IMG/VR virus record: IMGVR_UViG_3300029854_000006
Strand: one strand, 5' to 3'
Source: a virus
Length of the DNA stretch: 44,299 bases
Under the pieces are notes generated by a model that was not told the DNA's origin, did no database searches, and saw nothing but the letters and a program-made list of their open reading frames with translations. A program made the position numbers and the translations under genes. This document shows positions 43,278 to 44,299 of the stretch, one piece after another. Position 1 is the first letter of the stretch. Each line of letters starts with the position of its first letter.

Positions 43278-43409
43278 TTACCAGTCCAGCAATTTGAGGA
43301 TTGCGGCTGTGATCAGGCCGGAGATTGTACCAGCGAGAATGTCAGCTGCCAGGCTTTCCATTCTGCTGGGCGCCGTGGGCTTTCGCCTGCGGCGTTTTTT
43401 CTTGCTCAT
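43278..43409 (-). CDS. 43-aa peptide with polybasic N-terminus and hydrophobic C-terminal helix (below ORF-track cutoff)
   Basis: Hand-translated: MSKKKRRRRKPTAPSRMESLAADILAGTISGLITAAILKLLDW. RBS ggaaaggaag. First gene after the leftward promoter. Confidence 0.45.
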   Translation of the reverse strand: MSKKKRRRRKPTAPSRMESLAADILAGTISGLITAAILKLLDW

Positions 43410-43442
43410 TTCAACCACTTCCTTTCCCCTTGAACTGATTAA

Positions 43443-43471
43443 ATTATACATCTAACAGGAGATAAAAACAA
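43443..43471 (-). promoter_or_regulatory. Leftward promoter of the switch region
   Basis: The minus strand reads TTGTTT, 17 nt, TATAAT. Operator copy 1 lies in the spacer. Confidence 0.45.
43450..43464. promoter_or_regulatory. Operator repeat O1 (ATCTAACAGGAGATA)
   Basis: 15-mer with palindromic ends ATCT-N6-AGAT; identical to O2. Confidence 0.6.
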
Positions 43472-43487
43472 GCGTTAAACTTAACAA

Positions 43488-43502
43488 ATCTAACAGGAGA
43501 TA
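43488..43502. promoter_or_regulatory. Operator repeat O2 (ATCTAACAGGAGATA)
   Basis: Exact copy of O1, 38 bp away. Confidence 0.6.
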
Positions 43503-43511
43503 TTTATATAA

Positions 43512-43526
43512 ATCTAACAGTAGATA
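43512..43526. promoter_or_regulatory. Operator repeat O3 (ATCTAACAGTAGATA)
   Basis: 14/15 match to O1/O2. It overlaps the -35 of the rightward promoter. Confidence 0.6.
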
Positions 43527-43549
43527 AAAATAAAAACATGTGGTATTAT
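43521..43549 (+). promoter_or_regulatory. Rightward promoter of the switch region
   Basis: TAGATA, 17 nt, TATTAT, with TG one base upstream of the -10 (TGgTATTAT, extended -10). Confidence 0.45.
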
Positions 43550-43567
43550 GTGGGTGAGGTGATAAGA

Positions 43568-43774
43568 ATGGGCAGACCGAAAAAAGAGGGTGGAATAAGC
43601 GCCACAGACTACAAGCGGGCTTTCAATGAAAAGAACTATGACCGGCTTTCCCCCTATGTAAAGCGTGGAAAGAAAGAGAGATACAAAGCCGCGGCGGCGG
43701 CTGCCGGGTGCAGCCTTAATGAGTTCATGGAAAGGGCCATGGACAAACTGGCGGAGGAAATCCTGGGAGAATAA
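43568..43774 (+). CDS. Ribbon-helix-helix (Arc/CopG-like) DNA-binding protein
   Basis: 68 aa from the ATG after gaggtg: MGRPKKEGGISATDYKRAFNEKNYDRLSPYVKRGKKERYKAAAAAAGCSLNEFMERAMDKL. First gene of the rightward operon. Confidence 0.6.
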   Translation: MGRPKKEGGISATDYKRAFNEKNYDRLSPYVKRGKKERYKAAAAAAGCSLNEFMERAMDKLAEEILGE

Positions 43775-43880
43775 CGCCCCACGAAAAACCGGCAATTATC
43801 CTCCATTTGGTGGACTATATTTTCTTGTGCTGAATATTACCACGGGTTTTGACGCCGGCCTGTGTTAATATCAAGAAAAA

Positions 43881-43897
43881 TGTGGGTTATATCCACA
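43881..43897. promoter_or_regulatory. Palindrome TGTGG-N7-CCACA upstream of the XRE gene (possible autoregulatory operator)
   Basis: tgtgggttatatccaca lies immediately before RBS ggaggagg and GTG 43914. Confidence 0.35.
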
Positions 43898-43913
43898 GTG
43901 GAGGAGGCGCCGG

Positions 43914-44156
43914 GTGAAGTTTTACGAGATCAACGGGAAAAGAAATTTATGCGGGGATAGGATCCGGGAGGCAAGACAGAAAAAGAGGCTTTCCCAGTCT
44001 GAACTATGCAAGCTGCTGCAACTGCGGGGGATCATGGTGGAGCGTGATGTGATCAGCCGCATGGAGAGCAGGGCCAGGATCGTGACTGACTTCGAGGCCG
44101 TGGCTATTGCGGAGGTGCTGGAGGTCCCTGTACTGTGGCTGCTGGATAAAGAATAG
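43914..44156 (+). CDS. XRE-family HTH transcriptional regulator (cI/Cro-like)
   Basis: 80 aa. GDRIREARQKKRLSQSELCKLLQLRGIMVERDVISRME is a classic HTH_3 pattern. Confidence 0.8.
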   Translation: MKFYEINGKRNLCGDRIREARQKKRLSQSELCKLLQLRGIMVERDVISRMESRARIVTDFEAVAIAEVLEVPVLWLLDKE

Positions 44157-44192
44157 GCCGGCGTGGTAGAAGAACCACGCCGGCCTATTTTC
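44155..44192 (+). terminator. Rho-independent terminator after the XRE gene
   Basis: 12-bp stem aggccggcgtgg / ccacgccggcct followed by ATTTTCGC. It ends 27 nt before the transposase ATG across the junction. Confidence 0.7.
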
Positions 44193-44200
44193 GCATATCA

Positions 44201-44299
44201 GAGAAAGAGAGGCTGCCCCATGAAAGGATATAGACACCTGACAGAGCATGACAGAAACAAAATTGCAAAGATGAAAAAAGAGGGGGCGACCATGCGGGA
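44201..44299. repeat. Terminal direct repeat, copy B
   Basis: Exact copy of bases 1-99. It restarts the transposase ORF (ATG at 44220). Confidence 0.95.

Larger units (their letters stand above)
1..44200 (+). mobile_element. Complete tailed-phage genome unit (contractile tail, temperate-looking)
   Basis: Early/DNA-modification, packaging, head, contractile tail, baseplate, fibre, lysis and switch modules lie in one co-linear array. Bases 1-99 are identical to 44201-44299, closing the circle. Confidence 0.85.

Noticed and set aside
1-44299. tRNA, rRNA, tmRNA genes, CRISPR arrays, and a third VR copy.
   Set aside because: None of the non-coding gaps (1067-1193, 7336-7538, 14820-15351, 37517-37965, 43106-43277, 43410-43567, 43775-43913) shows a tRNA-like cloverleaf/T-arm or direct-repeat/spacer periodicity. 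The diagnostic ttcaagggcgcttgcccccgg block occurs only three times (2101, 36938, 37671). This was checked by eye only.

Overview
The window is one complete genome unit (44,200 bp) of a contractile-tailed, temperate-looking phage. Bases 1-99 recur exactly at 44201-44299, so the contig closes on itself. It is GC-rich with strong GGAGG-type RBSs; a Bacillota/Clostridia-like host is my inference only. Almost all genes are co-linear on the + strand. In order they are: an IS30-family DDE transposase and an HTH paralogue; an early block (MT-A70 and C5 methyltransferases, HD hydrolase, membrane SLT, HUH Rep-like protein with a hairpin-rich upstream region, DUF4406, DUF5131, ASCH, Lar-like, DUF1064, sigma-like late regulator); a ~530-bp non-coding putative cos region; lambda-like packaging (small terminase, GpA terminase, gpW, portal); HK97-type protease and capsid; a P2-like tail and baseplate (sheath, tube, frameshifted chaperone, tape measure, X, D, V, PAAR, U, W, J, I); an Ig-repeat tail fibre; the lysis genes; and a switch region with three operator repeats. 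The main finding is a complete diversity-generating retroelement (fibre VR1, Avd, TR, RT). It has a second, remote variable repeat (VR2) at the 3' end of a small ORF in the early block, next to the transposase. Both VRs differ from TR almost only at TR adenines, and both are followed by a shared post-stop motif and a GNRA-loop hairpin. Only two small AT-richer islands are on the minus strand. One is a membrane-anchored SWIM zinc-finger moron with a consensus promoter inside the structural operon. The other is an operon of four small proteins, two of them toxin-like hydrophobic peptides, faced by an antisense promoter. I saw no tRNA, rRNA or CRISPR array. All family assignments rest on motifs read by eye, not on database searches.
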